Positions 16,968 through 25,694 of a DNA stretch of 49,906 bases are shown here, one piece after another (the first letter of the stretch is position 1; each line of letters starts with the position of its first letter). Both the position numbers and the translations under genes were made by a program. The stretch spans positions 1-49,906 of the forward strand of contig CANIXX010000001.1 in NCBI GenBank assembly GCA_947471115.1, read 5' to 3'. This stretch comes from Opitutaceae bacterium. GTDB lineage: Bacteria > Verrucomicrobiota > Verrucomicrobiia > Opitutales > Opitutaceae. The notes below the pieces were generated by a model. The model was not told the DNA's origin and did not search any database. It saw nothing but the letters and a program-made list of their open reading frames with translations.

Positions 16968-18311
16968 ATGCGCTTTTTCCTCGCTCCATTGTTCGCCCTC
17001 ACGCTCGGTCTCGCGTTCTTTGGTACGACGTCTCGTGCCACCGCACCCGCTTCCGCCAGCCCCGTCGGCTGGGCGTGGGTGGGTGGACTCACCGACGCAG
17101 CGGCGGTGGTCACCGCCAAACTCGACACACCTGTGCCCGCCCGACTGGAACTGCTCGACACCCCACCGTCACTCGTTGCGCCCGTGCAGACCGCACCCAT
17201 GGACGGCGGCACGCTCCATCGCTTCCATCTCGGCGGCCTCAAGCCCGACAAGACCTACAGCTATCGTTTTATTGCAGCCACCGGCACGCCGCTCGACGAC
17301 GAGGCGCGTTCCTTCCGTACCTTTCCTGCGCCCGGGCAACCCTCCAGTTTTTCCTTCGCCGTGGGCTCCTGCGCACGCGCGAAAAACTCCCCGGCTTTTG
17401 CCGCAGCCGCCACACAAGGTGCCCGCTTCTTTTTGCACACCGGCGATTTCCATTACGCTGACATCGCCGAAAACCGCGTCGAAGCCTTTCGGGCGGCTTA
17501 CGACGCCCACCTCGCCGCCCCGCGCCTGCGCACGCTGCTGGCCAACACACCGCTCCTTTACCAGTGGGACGACCACGATTATGGCCCCAACGACAGCAAC
17601 CGCACCAGCCCCAGCCGCGACGCTTCGCTGCGAAACTACCGCGAACTGGTGCCGCATTTCCCGCTGATCGTGACGGCGGAAAATCCCAGCGCTCCGGTGG
17701 ATCAGGCCTTCACGGTGGGCCGCGTGCGCTTCATTCTCTCCGACCTGCGCAGTGAACGTGATTCGTCCGGCCGGCGGATGATGAGTGCGGCGCAAGACGC
17801 CTGGCTGCGGGCCGAACTGTTCGCCGCGCGTGACGCGGGTTGTCCGCTGATTTTCTGGGTGTCTTCGGTGCCCTGGAACGGTGCACCGAGTAAAGACGAT
17901 CGTTGGCAAGGCTACCCGGTGCACCGCACCGAAATCGCGGATTTTATCAAAGCGAACGGCCTGGCCGGGCGCGTTGTGATTTTGTCGGGTGACGCGCACA
18001 TGACGGCGATCGACGACGGATCGAACAGCGATTTCGCCACGGGCGGCGGCGCGCCAATTCGTGTGTTTCAAGCCGGCCCGATTGCCAATCGCGGTAGTTA
18101 CAAAGGCGGCCCCTACAGCCACGGCGCCCGTTATCAAAGCCTGCCCACCGACACGCTCAACCAGTTCGGGCTGGTGGATATCAACGACGACGGCCGCCAG
18201 ATCCGTGTGACGTGGAGCGGCCGCCAAGGCGCCGACGGCCTCGGCAACCAAGTGCTCGTCTCCGAGCGTGACGCGCAAGGCCCGATCCAGCTCGAGTTCA
18301 CCGTGCAATAA
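16968..18311 (+). CDS. phoD: Alkaline phosphatase D family protein
   Basis: Signal peptide; FAVGSC, LHTGDFHYAD, WDDHDY, DLRSER, LSGDAH. Confidence 0.9.
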   Translation: MRFFLAPLFALTLGLAFFGTTSRATAPASASPVGWAWVGGLTDAAAVVTAKLDTPVPARLELLDTPPSLVAPVQTAPMDGGTLHRFHLGGLKPDKTYSYRFIAATGTPLDDEARSFRTFPAPGQPSSFSFAVGSCARAKNSPAFAAAATQGARFFLHTGDFHYADIAENRVEAFRAAYDAHLAAPRLRTLLANTPLLYQWDDHDYGPNDSNRTSPSRDASLRNYRELVPHFPLIVTAENPSAPVDQAFTVGRVRFILSDLRSERDSSGRRMMSAAQDAWLRAELFAARDAGCPLIFWVSSVPWNGAPSKDDRWQGYPVHRTEIADFIKANGLAGRVVILSGDAHMTAIDDGSNSDFATGGGAPIRVFQAGPIANRGSYKGGPYSHGARYQSLPTDTLNQFGLVDINDDGRQIRVTWSGRQGADGLGNQVLVSERDAQGPIQLEFTVQ

Positions 18312-18322
18312 TGCCCGAACCC

Positions 18323-18349
18323 AAAGTCTAACCTAATAGGTTACACTTT
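18323..18349. repeat. TAACC-N5-GGTTA palindrome, copy 3
   Basis: AAAGTCTAACC-TAATA-GGTTACACTTT. Confidence 0.7.
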
Positions 18350-18462
18350 AGCTTGGAGGCTGTGGGCCGAGGCGACGGGTTTTTGGCCGCAGTGGAAATG
18401 CACGAAGGTTTTTTCTGCGGCACCATTGCCGCGCTGCGCAGAACCGGTAGCGTCGCACATCA

Positions 18463-19329
18463 ATGACGCCTTTCACCACGATTTTAACCCATCCCGGCGG
18501 GGCGCATAAAGACGAGTTCCTCGCCTGCTGCGTGCTCTTGGGGGTGCACCCTGCGCCCATTTTACGCCGCGAGCCCTCACCGGCCGATTTGGCTGATACC
18601 ACCATGGCCGTGGTGGACGTGGGCCTCTCCCACGACCCGGCGCTCAACAACTTCGACCACCACCAATTGCCGCGCGACTACGTTCCTACGTGCGCCCTCT
18701 CCCTGGTGCTTCGCCACCTCGGGCTCTACGAGGATACGCGCGCATTCTGCGAATGGCTCGAACCGGCCGAATGGTTCGACTGTCGCGGACCAATGGATAC
18801 CGCCCGCTGGCTTGGCGTCGACCGCGACATCGTTGGCAAACTCAACTCCCCGATCGACGGCACGTTGCTGCGCCGCTTCGCCCAAGCCACGCGCTTGGCC
18901 CCCGGCGACCCGCTCTGGGAGATCATGCGTATGATCGGCGAGGACCTGCTCGGGTACGTGCGCTCCGTGCGCGAGCGCCTCGACTTCATCGGTACTCACG
19001 CCGAAATCTGGACGCTTGAAACCGTTTCCGGCGCCCCGAGCGTGCTCTTCCTGCCGCGTACCGAACCGTTGCCCGGCGATCCCTCGGCCGGCATCGAGCG
19101 CTATGTGGAAAGCCAGGGGCTCGGCAATCGGGTGCTCGCACTCATTTCGCCCGATCGCCGTAGCGGTGGTTATGGACTCACCCGCCACCGCGATAGCCAA
19201 CGACTCGACTTCACCCGCATCGCCGGCGAGGCGGATGTCCACTTTGCCCACGCCCGCGGTTTCGTCGCCAAGACCTCCGCCACCGACCCGCAGCGCCTGC
19301 GCGAACTTGTTGGTCTCGCCTTCGGCTGA
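18463..19329 (+). CDS. MYG1 family (DHH-like) protein
   Basis: THPGGAHKDE, VVDVG, NFDHHQ, FAHARGF. Confidence 0.85.
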   Translation: MTPFTTILTHPGGAHKDEFLACCVLLGVHPAPILRREPSPADLADTTMAVVDVGLSHDPALNNFDHHQLPRDYVPTCALSLVLRHLGLYEDTRAFCEWLEPAEWFDCRGPMDTARWLGVDRDIVGKLNSPIDGTLLRRFAQATRLAPGDPLWEIMRMIGEDLLGYVRSVRERLDFIGTHAEIWTLETVSGAPSVLFLPRTEPLPGDPSAGIERYVESQGLGNRVLALISPDRRSGGYGLTRHRDSQRLDFTRIAGEADVHFAHARGFVAKTSATDPQRLRELVGLAFG

Positions 19330-19418
19330 CCGCTCCCGCTTCCCCCCCGATCCCCTTGGGGCCACGCCTGAAAACGTAGCGCAGGCGTGCAGTCTGCTCG
19401 GCGTGCAAGCCCTAGGCC

Positions 19419-19982
19419 TCAAGCCAGTTTTGGGCCGAGTTCGGCGAGTACCTGCATGACGAGCTGCTCGGGCTCAAGAAGGCGGCCGGCGCCCTCTTCG
19501 CCGCAGGCCAGCGGGCCGTTGCCAGTGGGAAGAACGCGCACCCCAAGACCGCCGAGTTTGGTAAGCGAGGCCTGGGTGAGTGGGTGCTCGAACATGGCGA
19601 CATTCATCGCGGGAGCGATCCACCACGGCTTTTTCTGCAGCTCCCAGGCCAGGAACAGGCTGCCGACCAGATCGTCGGCCAGGCCGTTGGCGAGTCGGTT
19701 GATCGTATTGGCGGTCGCGGGGGCGACCAGCGCGAGGTCGGCCCAGCGGGCGAGGTTAATGTGTTCCATCGCCCGCCCTTCTTCCCACATGTCGCTGGCC
19801 ACGGTCTGGCCGGTGAGGCCTTCTAAAGTCGCTTTGCCGACGAATTGGAGCGCTGCGGGGGTAGCGACCGTGCGCACCTCAATACCGGCCTGCACCAGCC
19901 GCGAAATCGCGAAGCAAGCCTTGTAGCACGAGATCGAGCCGGTGAGGAAAAACAGCAGGCGGGGTTTGCGGGCGGTAGTCAT
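19419..19982 (-). CDS. coaC: Phosphopantothenoylcysteine decarboxylase (stand-alone CoaC flavoprotein)
   Basis: TGSISCYK, HINLARWADLALVAPATANTI, PAMNVAM, LACGEEGAGRL; downstream of panB. Confidence 0.85.
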   Translation of the reverse strand: MTTARKPRLLFFLTGSISCYKACFAISRLVQAGIEVRTVATPAALQFVGKATLEGLTGQTVASDMWEEGRAMEHINLARWADLALVAPATANTINRLANGLADDLVGSLFLAWELQKKPWWIAPAMNVAMFEHPLTQASLTKLGGLGVRVLPTGNGPLACGEEGAGRLLEPEQLVMQVLAELGPKLA

Positions 19983-20028
19983 GGGAGGGAGAGCAGGGAG
20001 GGGGAGCGGAACGGGACGGAGTCGGAGG

Positions 20029-20169
20029 GTTACACAGAGGGCACATGAGGTGGCACAGAGGTCACGGAGCAAGGCAGCGGAGCGTAGTCAAAATCGGCAA
20101 TAATGAGCTTTACGGTGATAGAATTGGGCTCTGTGGCCTCAGTGCATCCTCTTGTGCCCTCTGTGAAAC
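20029..20169. repeat. CACAGAGG-unit inverted-repeat element between panB and coaC
   Basis: About 42-bp imperfect arms 20029-20070 and 20128-20169 built of CACAGAGG-like units, 57-nt spacer. Confidence 0.75.
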
Positions 20170-20179
20170 AAGTTCGGGT

Positions 20180-20968
20180 TTAGTAAGATTCTTTGGCGCT
20201 CGGGAAACTGCCGTCGGCTACGGCTGCTGCGTATGCGTTCAGGCCGTTCCCCACTGCGCCACCAGCGTCGGCGAAGGCGCGCACAAAGCGCGGTGAGAAC
20301 CCGGGGTTGAGTCCGAGCAGATCGTGAAACACCAGCACCTGTCCGTCGGTGTGAGGACCTGCGCCGATACCGATCACTGGAATTGCCAAGGCTACCGTGA
20401 TGATTTGGGCGACTTCACTTGGCACGCATTCGAGCACCACTCCGCAGGCTCCAGCCGCTTCGGCGGCGCGGGCTTGGGTGATAAGAGCCTCGGCGGCGGC
20501 CTCGGTTTTAGCCTGCACCTTGTACCCGCCGAGGCCGTTAACCGACTGGGGAGTCAGCCCGAGGTGGACGATCACCGGCACGCCGGATTCGACTAGATGG
20601 CTAACGACATCGGCATGACCGTCGATGCCCTCAATTTTAACCGCGTGGGCACCGGCGCGCATCAGCAGTACGGCGCATTCGACGGCGGGCACGATGCCCT
20701 TGCGGGCGGCTAGGAAAGGGAAGTCGGCGATGATAAACTTGGTGCCGGCCAAGCCTCGGGCGACAGCGGCGGTGTGGCGCGCCATGATTTCGGGGGTGGC
20801 GGCGAAAGTCGTCGCGTCGCCATCGATGACCGTTGCGACGCTGTCGCCGACGAGCACGCAGTCGACAGGAGAAGCAGCCAAAAAGCGGGCCTCCCACGCC
20901 GTGTAAGCGGTGGACATACTGATACGGCCCTGACCCTTGCGGGCTTTAAATTCGAGGACGGTTTTCAT
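20180..20968 (-). CDS. panB: 3-methyl-2-oxobutanoate hydroxymethyltransferase
   Basis: VLVGDS, IADFPF, AVKIEG, HLGLTPQ, IGIGAG...DGQVLVFHDLLG. Confidence 0.95.
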   Translation of the reverse strand: MKTVLEFKARKGQGRISMSTAYTAWEARFLAASPVDCVLVGDSVATVIDGDATTFAATPEIMARHTAAVARGLAGTKFIIADFPFLAARKGIVPAVECAVLLMRAGAHAVKIEGIDGHADVVSHLVESGVPVIVHLGLTPQSVNGLGGYKVQAKTEAAAEALITQARAAEAAGACGVVLECVPSEVAQIITVALAIPVIGIGAGPHTDGQVLVFHDLLGLNPGFSPRFVRAFADAGGAVGNGLNAYAAAVADGSFPSAKESY

Positions 20969-21087
20969 GCGAGGCGGCGACTGTCGCAGCTCGCTGGCAA
21001 AAGCCAACTCCGCTGTTGGGGCGGTTCGCGGCTTGGCTTGTGGACTGTTTTAAGTATCTGGCTATAAGTGGAAGACTGATGCGGGAG

Positions 21088-21717
21088 TTAACGCAGCAGC
21101 GGGCTGAGGGTTTTCCAGACGTTCTCCGCCACGATCTGGTGGCCGGCTGCCGTAGGGTGCACGCCGTCGGGTAGATTGAGTTCCGGTTCACCGCCAACTC
21201 CTTCCAATAAAAACGGCAGAAGCGTGGCCTGATTGGCATCGGCAAGCGCGGGGAAAATGGCGGCAAATTTTTGCCGGTAATCCTCCCCCATACTCACGGG
21301 CATCTGCATGCCGGTGATGATAATTTTAACCGCTGGGTTTTTTCCGCGAACCCGGTCGATGATGGCTTGTAGGTTTTTTGAGGCTACGGCGGGGGGCAAC
21401 CCGCGTAGGCCGTCGTTGCTACCGAGTTCGAGGATGAAAAAATCCACCGGCACCCGCAGCACCCAGTCGATGCGGCGAAGCCCGCCGGCGGTGGTTTCCC
21501 CGCTCAGGCCGGCGTTAATGACGCGGTAGGGCAGGGCGGCGGCAGTGATCTTTTGCTGAATGAGTCCTGGGAACGCCTGGGTGCTGGCGTCGTCGAGACC
21601 GTAACCTGCGGTGAGGCTGTCGCCGTAAAAGAGGATGGTTTTGGGTGCGGGTTCGGCGGCCAGTAGCGACGCGAATCCCAACGCAATGGAAACGAAGAGT
21701 GAAATGATAACCTTCAT
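21088..21717 (-). CDS. tesA: Arylesterase / acyl-CoA thioesterase I (SGNH/GDSL)
   Basis: GDSLTAGYG, NAGLSGETT, ELGSNDGLRG, DGVHP; divergent from ybbA. Confidence 0.92.
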   Translation of the reverse strand: MKVIISLFVSIALGFASLLAAEPAPKTILFYGDSLTAGYGLDDASTQAFPGLIQQKITAAALPYRVINAGLSGETTAGGLRRIDWVLRVPVDFFILELGSNDGLRGLPPAVASKNLQAIIDRVRGKNPAVKIIITGMQMPVSMGEDYRQKFAAIFPALADANQATLLPFLLEGVGGEPELNLPDGVHPTAAGHQIVAENVWKTLSPLLR

Positions 21718-21761
21718 CGGGTTGCGAAACGGTTGGCAGGCGATTGGGTCATAGCCCAATT

Positions 21762-22436
21762 ATGAGTGAACAACCCATTTTAAAAGTCGAGCGGCTCAGC
21801 CAAACCTATCCGACCGCCGCAGGGCCGATCACGGTTTTGCACGAGGTGAGTTTTAGCCTGAGTGCGGGCGAGAGTCTGGCCATCCTCGGGCCTTCGGGCA
21901 GCGGCAAAACGACCTTGCTCGGGCTGAGTGCGGGGTTGGATCGGCCTAGCGGTGGAGAGGTGTACATTGCGGGCGAGGCGCTGGGCGGACTTGGCGAGGA
22001 CGAGCGCGCGCGGGTGCGCAATCAGCAGGTTGGCTTTGTGTTTCAAAATTTCCAGCTGATCCCGACGCTCACAGCGCTGGAAAACGTGCTTGTGCCGCTG
22101 GAGCTGCGCGGGGAAAGCGGGCGCGAGGGCGAGGCGCGGGCGCTGCTGGATCGGGTGGGGCTTGGGGCGAGAGAGGGGCATTATCCGATCCAGCTTTCGG
22201 GCGGAGAGCAGCAGCGGGTGGCGTTGGCGCGGGCGTTTATCAATACCCCGAAGATCCTTTTTTGTGACGAGCCGACGGGAAACCTCGATGGGGCGACCTC
22301 GAATGCGATGGTCGAATTGATTTTCGGATTAAACCGCGAAGCGGGCACGACGCTGGTGCTGGTGACGCATGATTTGGAGTTGGCGAAAAAATGCGGCCGG
22401 GTGCTGCGCCTGCGCGATGGAAAGGTGGTGGATTGA
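21762..22436 (+). CDS. ybbA: ABC transporter ATP-binding protein (YbbA-like)
   Basis: GPSGSGKTT, LSGGEQQRV, DEPTGNLD; tesA-ybbA-ybbP synteny. Confidence 0.9.
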   Translation: MSEQPILKVERLSQTYPTAAGPITVLHEVSFSLSAGESLAILGPSGSGKTTLLGLSAGLDRPSGGEVYIAGEALGGLGEDERARVRNQQVGFVFQNFQLIPTLTALENVLVPLELRGESGREGEARALLDRVGLGAREGHYPIQLSGGEQQRVALARAFINTPKILFCDEPTGNLDGATSNAMVELIFGLNREAGTTLVLVTHDLELAKKCGRVLRLRDGKVVD

Positions 22437-22454
22437 GGGAAAAAGGAAGATGCG

Positions 22455-22905
22455 TTTTTGCCCACGGAACACACTGAATACACGGAAGAATCAGAGAATG
22501 AATCTCTCGTGTTCCACTTTCGGATAATGCCCAAAATTAACGAGAAGCCCGACGCGGATCCCAGTTGAGTGAAGATAATTTTGTAGCTGCGCACGGTGCT
22601 CATCGGTGAGTTTTGAAACTGCCTTAAGCTCAACGATGACTTTCCCGTAACAGATAAAGTCCGCCACATAATGCTGCCGCAAAGCATGCCCCTTATAAGT
22701 CAACGGCAGGGCGACCTGCGCTTTGGCTGGAATTCCCTGCAACCCAAACTCGATTTCTAGGCATTCTTGGAAGACAGCCTCCAAGAACCCACATCCTTTG
22801 TCCTTATAAACCTCAAAGCATGCCCCCAAAATCCGATACGTTTCATCCTTATTCAGTAGTTCCATAAATTCTTCCGTGTATTCCGTGTGTTCCGTGGGCC
22901 AAAAA
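22455..22905. mobile_element. Candidate hairpin mobile element: GxxExxY gene enclosed by 31-bp inverted repeats
   Basis: Arms 22460-22490 and 22869-22899 differ at one position; the ORF fills the interior; splits ybbA from ybbP. Confidence 0.7.
22491..22865 (-). CDS. GxxExxY protein (PD-(D/E)xK nuclease-like fold)
   Basis: GCGFLEAVFQECL, ADFICYGKVIVELKAV, AQLQNYL, GLLVNFG; visibly lower GC than neighbours. Confidence 0.9.
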   Translation of the reverse strand: MELLNKDETYRILGACFEVYKDKGCGFLEAVFQECLEIEFGLQGIPAKAQVALPLTYKGHALRQHYVADFICYGKVIVELKAVSKLTDEHRAQLQNYLHSTGIRVGLLVNFGHYPKVEHERFIL

Positions 22906-22999
22906 TCGGGTCTCCGGCAGTTGTCCGCCGCAGTAGCCGCCTCCCAGCAGTTCGCAGAGTAGTTCCAAAATTTCGCTTAAGAGTTCCGTGAGTAATCCT

Positions 23000-25570
23000 A
23001 TGAATTTCATCCTTAAAATGGCCTGGCGCGATTCGCGCACTTCACGCCGACGGCTCGCGCTGGTTTCACTCTCGATCGTGCTCGGCGTGGCTGCGCTGGT
23101 CGCCATCGGTTCGTTTAGCGCCAACTTACGCCATACCATCGACGTCCAAGCCAAGTCCCTGCTCGGGGCCGATCTCGCGGTCAACTCGCGCTCCGCGATT
23201 TCCCCTGAGGCGCAGGCCTTTCTCGCGGGCTTGGGCGGTGAACAGGCCAGCGAGGTCTCGTTCGCCTCGATGGTGGTTTTTCCTTCGGCGGGTAACCAGA
23301 CGCGGCTGGTTACCGTGCGCGGGTTGATGGGTGGGTATCCGTTTTATGGTGAAGTAAAAACGAGTCCGTTGGGCGCAATGGCGCGACTGCCGCAGGGTGA
23401 CGTGGTGGTGGTGGAGGAAACGTTGTTGCGGCAGTTTGGCCTCAAGGTGGGCGATCCGCTCAAGTTGGGGGAAAAAGTATTTTCCATCGCGGCGGGCTTG
23501 GAGCAGTTGCCGGGCGACTCGGCGGCGGTGGCCACCCTTTCGCCGCGAGTCCTGGTGGGGCTTGGTGCGTTGGCGGATACGGGGTTACTCAAACGCGGTT
23601 CATTGGTGCGTTACCGTGAGTATTTTAAGTTCGGCCCGGAGGTGGATTCGCAAGCACTGGTCGCGCAACAACGCGAGCGCTTCCGCGAACTGCGACTCGA
23701 CGTGGACACTGTGGAGGATCGGCGGCGCGAGCTGGGGCAGGCGCTGCAAAACGTGCAGGGGTTTCTGAGTCTGGTGGGGTTCGTGGCGTTGGTGCTGGGG
23801 GCGATCGGGGTGGCGAGCGCGGTGCATGTCTATGTGCGGCAGAAAATCACCACCGTGGCGGTGCTGCGCTGCCTCGGGGCGAGCGCGTGGCAGAGTTTTG
23901 CGGTTTACCTGGTTCAGGGGCTGGCGCTGGGTTTTGGCGGGGCGCTGGCGGGCGCGGCGGTGGGGGTGGCGGTGCAGTTGGGGCTGCCTCCGTTGGTGCG
24001 GGGGCTGCTCCCGTTTGACGTGGAGTTTTTTGTGGCGTGGGCGGCAGTGGGGCGTGGCTTGGCGGCGGGCGTGCTCGTGGGTGGGTTGTTCACCCTGCTG
24101 CCATTGCTCGCGGTGCGGCGGGTGTCGCCGCTAGTGGCCATACGCTCAGCGTTTGCCGAGCGTACGGGAACGGGCGACCCGCTGCGGTGGGCGGTGTTTG
24201 CGGCGATCGGGCTGGCGGTGGCGGGTTTCGCGGTGTGGCAAACGCAGCGCTGGTCGTGGGGGCTCGGGTTTGCCGGGGCGCTGGCGGTGAGTTTCGGGTT
24301 ATTGGCGGCGGCGGCACGCGGGGTGGCGTGGGCTGCTCGACGGTGGTTACCAAAAAGGTTGCCTTACGTGGTGCGGCAGGGCGTGGCCAACTTGCACCGG
24401 CCCAACAACCGCACCGTGCTGCTGTTGCTCTCGCTGGGGCTGGGCACCTTTTTACTGCTCACGCTGACTCTGTCGCGCGAAACGTTGCTCAGCCAGATTC
24501 GCAGCACCGAGGGCGGGGCGCGGCCCAATCTGCTGTTTTTCGATATTCAGGACGACCAGTTTACTCCGCTGGAGGCGTTGCTCGCCGCGCAGGGTGCGCC
24601 GACGCTGGCGAGCGCGCCCATCGTGACGATGCGCCTACTCAGCCTGAAGGGGCGCAAAATCGAAGCGCTGCTCAAGGACAACACGGTGGGTATTCCCTCG
24701 TGGGCGCTGCGGCGCGAGTATCGCTCCACTTACCGGGGTGCGCTGTCATCGACCGAGACGCTGGTGGCGGGTCGCTTCACGGGGCGTGTCTCTGGCGGCG
24801 GCATGGAGGTCGATAACACGGCTGGCGGCAATGGGGTGGTTAACGAGGCAGTTATCCCTATTTCCATGGAAGAAAAACTCGCGCGCGACATGCAGCTGGG
24901 GCTGGGCGACGAGGTGGAGTTTGACGTGCAAGGCGTGCCGCTAAAAACGCGCATCGAAAGCGTGCGGCGGGTGGACTGGCGGCGGATGTCACCCAATTTT
25001 TTTGTGCTCTTTCCCGAAGGGGTCTTGGAGGGGGCACCTAAGTTTTTTGTGGTGGCGACGCGAGCGGCGGATGCTGCGGAGTCGGCGCGATTGCAGCAGG
25101 CGGTGGTCGCCGCGTTCCCGAACGTCTCGGCGCTTGATCTGGCTCTAGTGCTCAAGACCTTGGACGGGATTTTTGAAAAGGTGCAGTACGTGGTGCAGTT
25201 CATGTCGTTGTTCACGGTGGCGACGGGGCTGATCGTGTTGGTCGGCGCGGTGGCGACGGGGCGGTTTCAGCGCATACAGGAAACAGTGCTGCTGCGCACG
25301 TTGGGGGCGTCGCGGGCGCAGCTCGTGCAAATTCAGCTGGTGGAAAACACGGTACTCGGGGTGCTCGGGGCGCTGGTGGGTGGCGGGCTGGCCTATGGCG
25401 CCAATGCAGCGCTGGCGGTGTGGGTGTTCAAGGCGCCCGTTATCCTGCCGCTCGCACCGCTGCTGGGCGCGGTGGTGGTGGTGACCGGGGTGACGGTGGC
25501 CACCGGGTGGTGGTCGGGGCGGGGGATCACTCGGCACCCGCCGCTGGAAGTGCTGCGCCAAGAGGCTTGA
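23000..25570 (+). CDS. ybbP: ABC transporter permease (YbbP/FtsX-MacB type, duplicated)
   Basis: MAWRDSR, LLGADL, YPFYG, AVLRCLGAS, PNLLFFDIQ, LRTLGASR. Confidence 0.9.
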   Translation: MNFILKMAWRDSRTSRRRLALVSLSIVLGVAALVAIGSFSANLRHTIDVQAKSLLGADLAVNSRSAISPEAQAFLAGLGGEQASEVSFASMVVFPSAGNQTRLVTVRGLMGGYPFYGEVKTSPLGAMARLPQGDVVVVEETLLRQFGLKVGDPLKLGEKVFSIAAGLEQLPGDSAAVATLSPRVLVGLGALADTGLLKRGSLVRYREYFKFGPEVDSQALVAQQRERFRELRLDVDTVEDRRRELGQALQNVQGFLSLVGFVALVLGAIGVASAVHVYVRQKITTVAVLRCLGASAWQSFAVYLVQGLALGFGGALAGAAVGVAVQLGLPPLVRGLLPFDVEFFVAWAAVGRGLAAGVLVGGLFTLLPLLAVRRVSPLVAIRSAFAERTGTGDPLRWAVFAAIGLAVAGFAVWQTQRWSWGLGFAGALAVSFGLLAAAARGVAWAARRWLPKRLPYVVRQGVANLHRPNNRTVLLLLSLGLGTFLLLTLTLSRETLLSQIRSTEGGARPNLLFFDIQDDQFTPLEALLAAQGAPTLASAPIVTMRLLSLKGRKIEALLKDNTVGIPSWALRREYRSTYRGALSSTETLVAGRFTGRVSGGGMEVDNTAGGNGVVNEAVIPISMEEKLARDMQLGLGDEVEFDVQGVPLKTRIESVRRVDWRRMSPNFFVLFPEGVLEGAPKFFVVATRAADAAESARLQQAVVAAFPNVSALDLALVLKTLDGIFEKVQYVVQFMSLFTVATGLIVLVGAVATGRFQRIQETVLLRTLGASRAQLVQIQLVENTVLGVLGALVGGGLAYGANAALAVWVFKAPVILPLAPLLGAVVVVTGVTVATGWWSGRGITRHPPLEVLRQEA

Positions 25571-25676
25571 GCCGGCGGATACCTCTGGGAAACACCTTGA
25601 GCTCACGCTCAAGGCCACGAGGAGTGCATCCGAGAGGTGTGTGGACTTGAGCGTGAGCTCAAGGATGCCGGCTCAA
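25567..25676. repeat. Nested REP-like doublet between convergent genes
   Basis: CCTTGAGCTCACGCTCAAGGCCAC (25595-25618) inverted against GTGGACTTGAGCGTGAGCTCAAGG (25641-25664); outer TTGAGCCGGC/GCCGGCTCAA. Confidence 0.75.
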
Positions 25677-25694
25677 TTTCAACGCTAATGAATA

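Noticed and set aside
8710-18349. True integron attC sites
   Set aside because: Core motifs are only 7 nt apart, with no L boxes or extrahelical bases and no intI; kept only as a palindrome family
22849-23184. 111-aa minus-strand ORF overlapping the GxxExxY start
   Set aside because: Mostly antisense to ybbP and runs through the repeat arm (HGTHGIHG); unlikely to be coding
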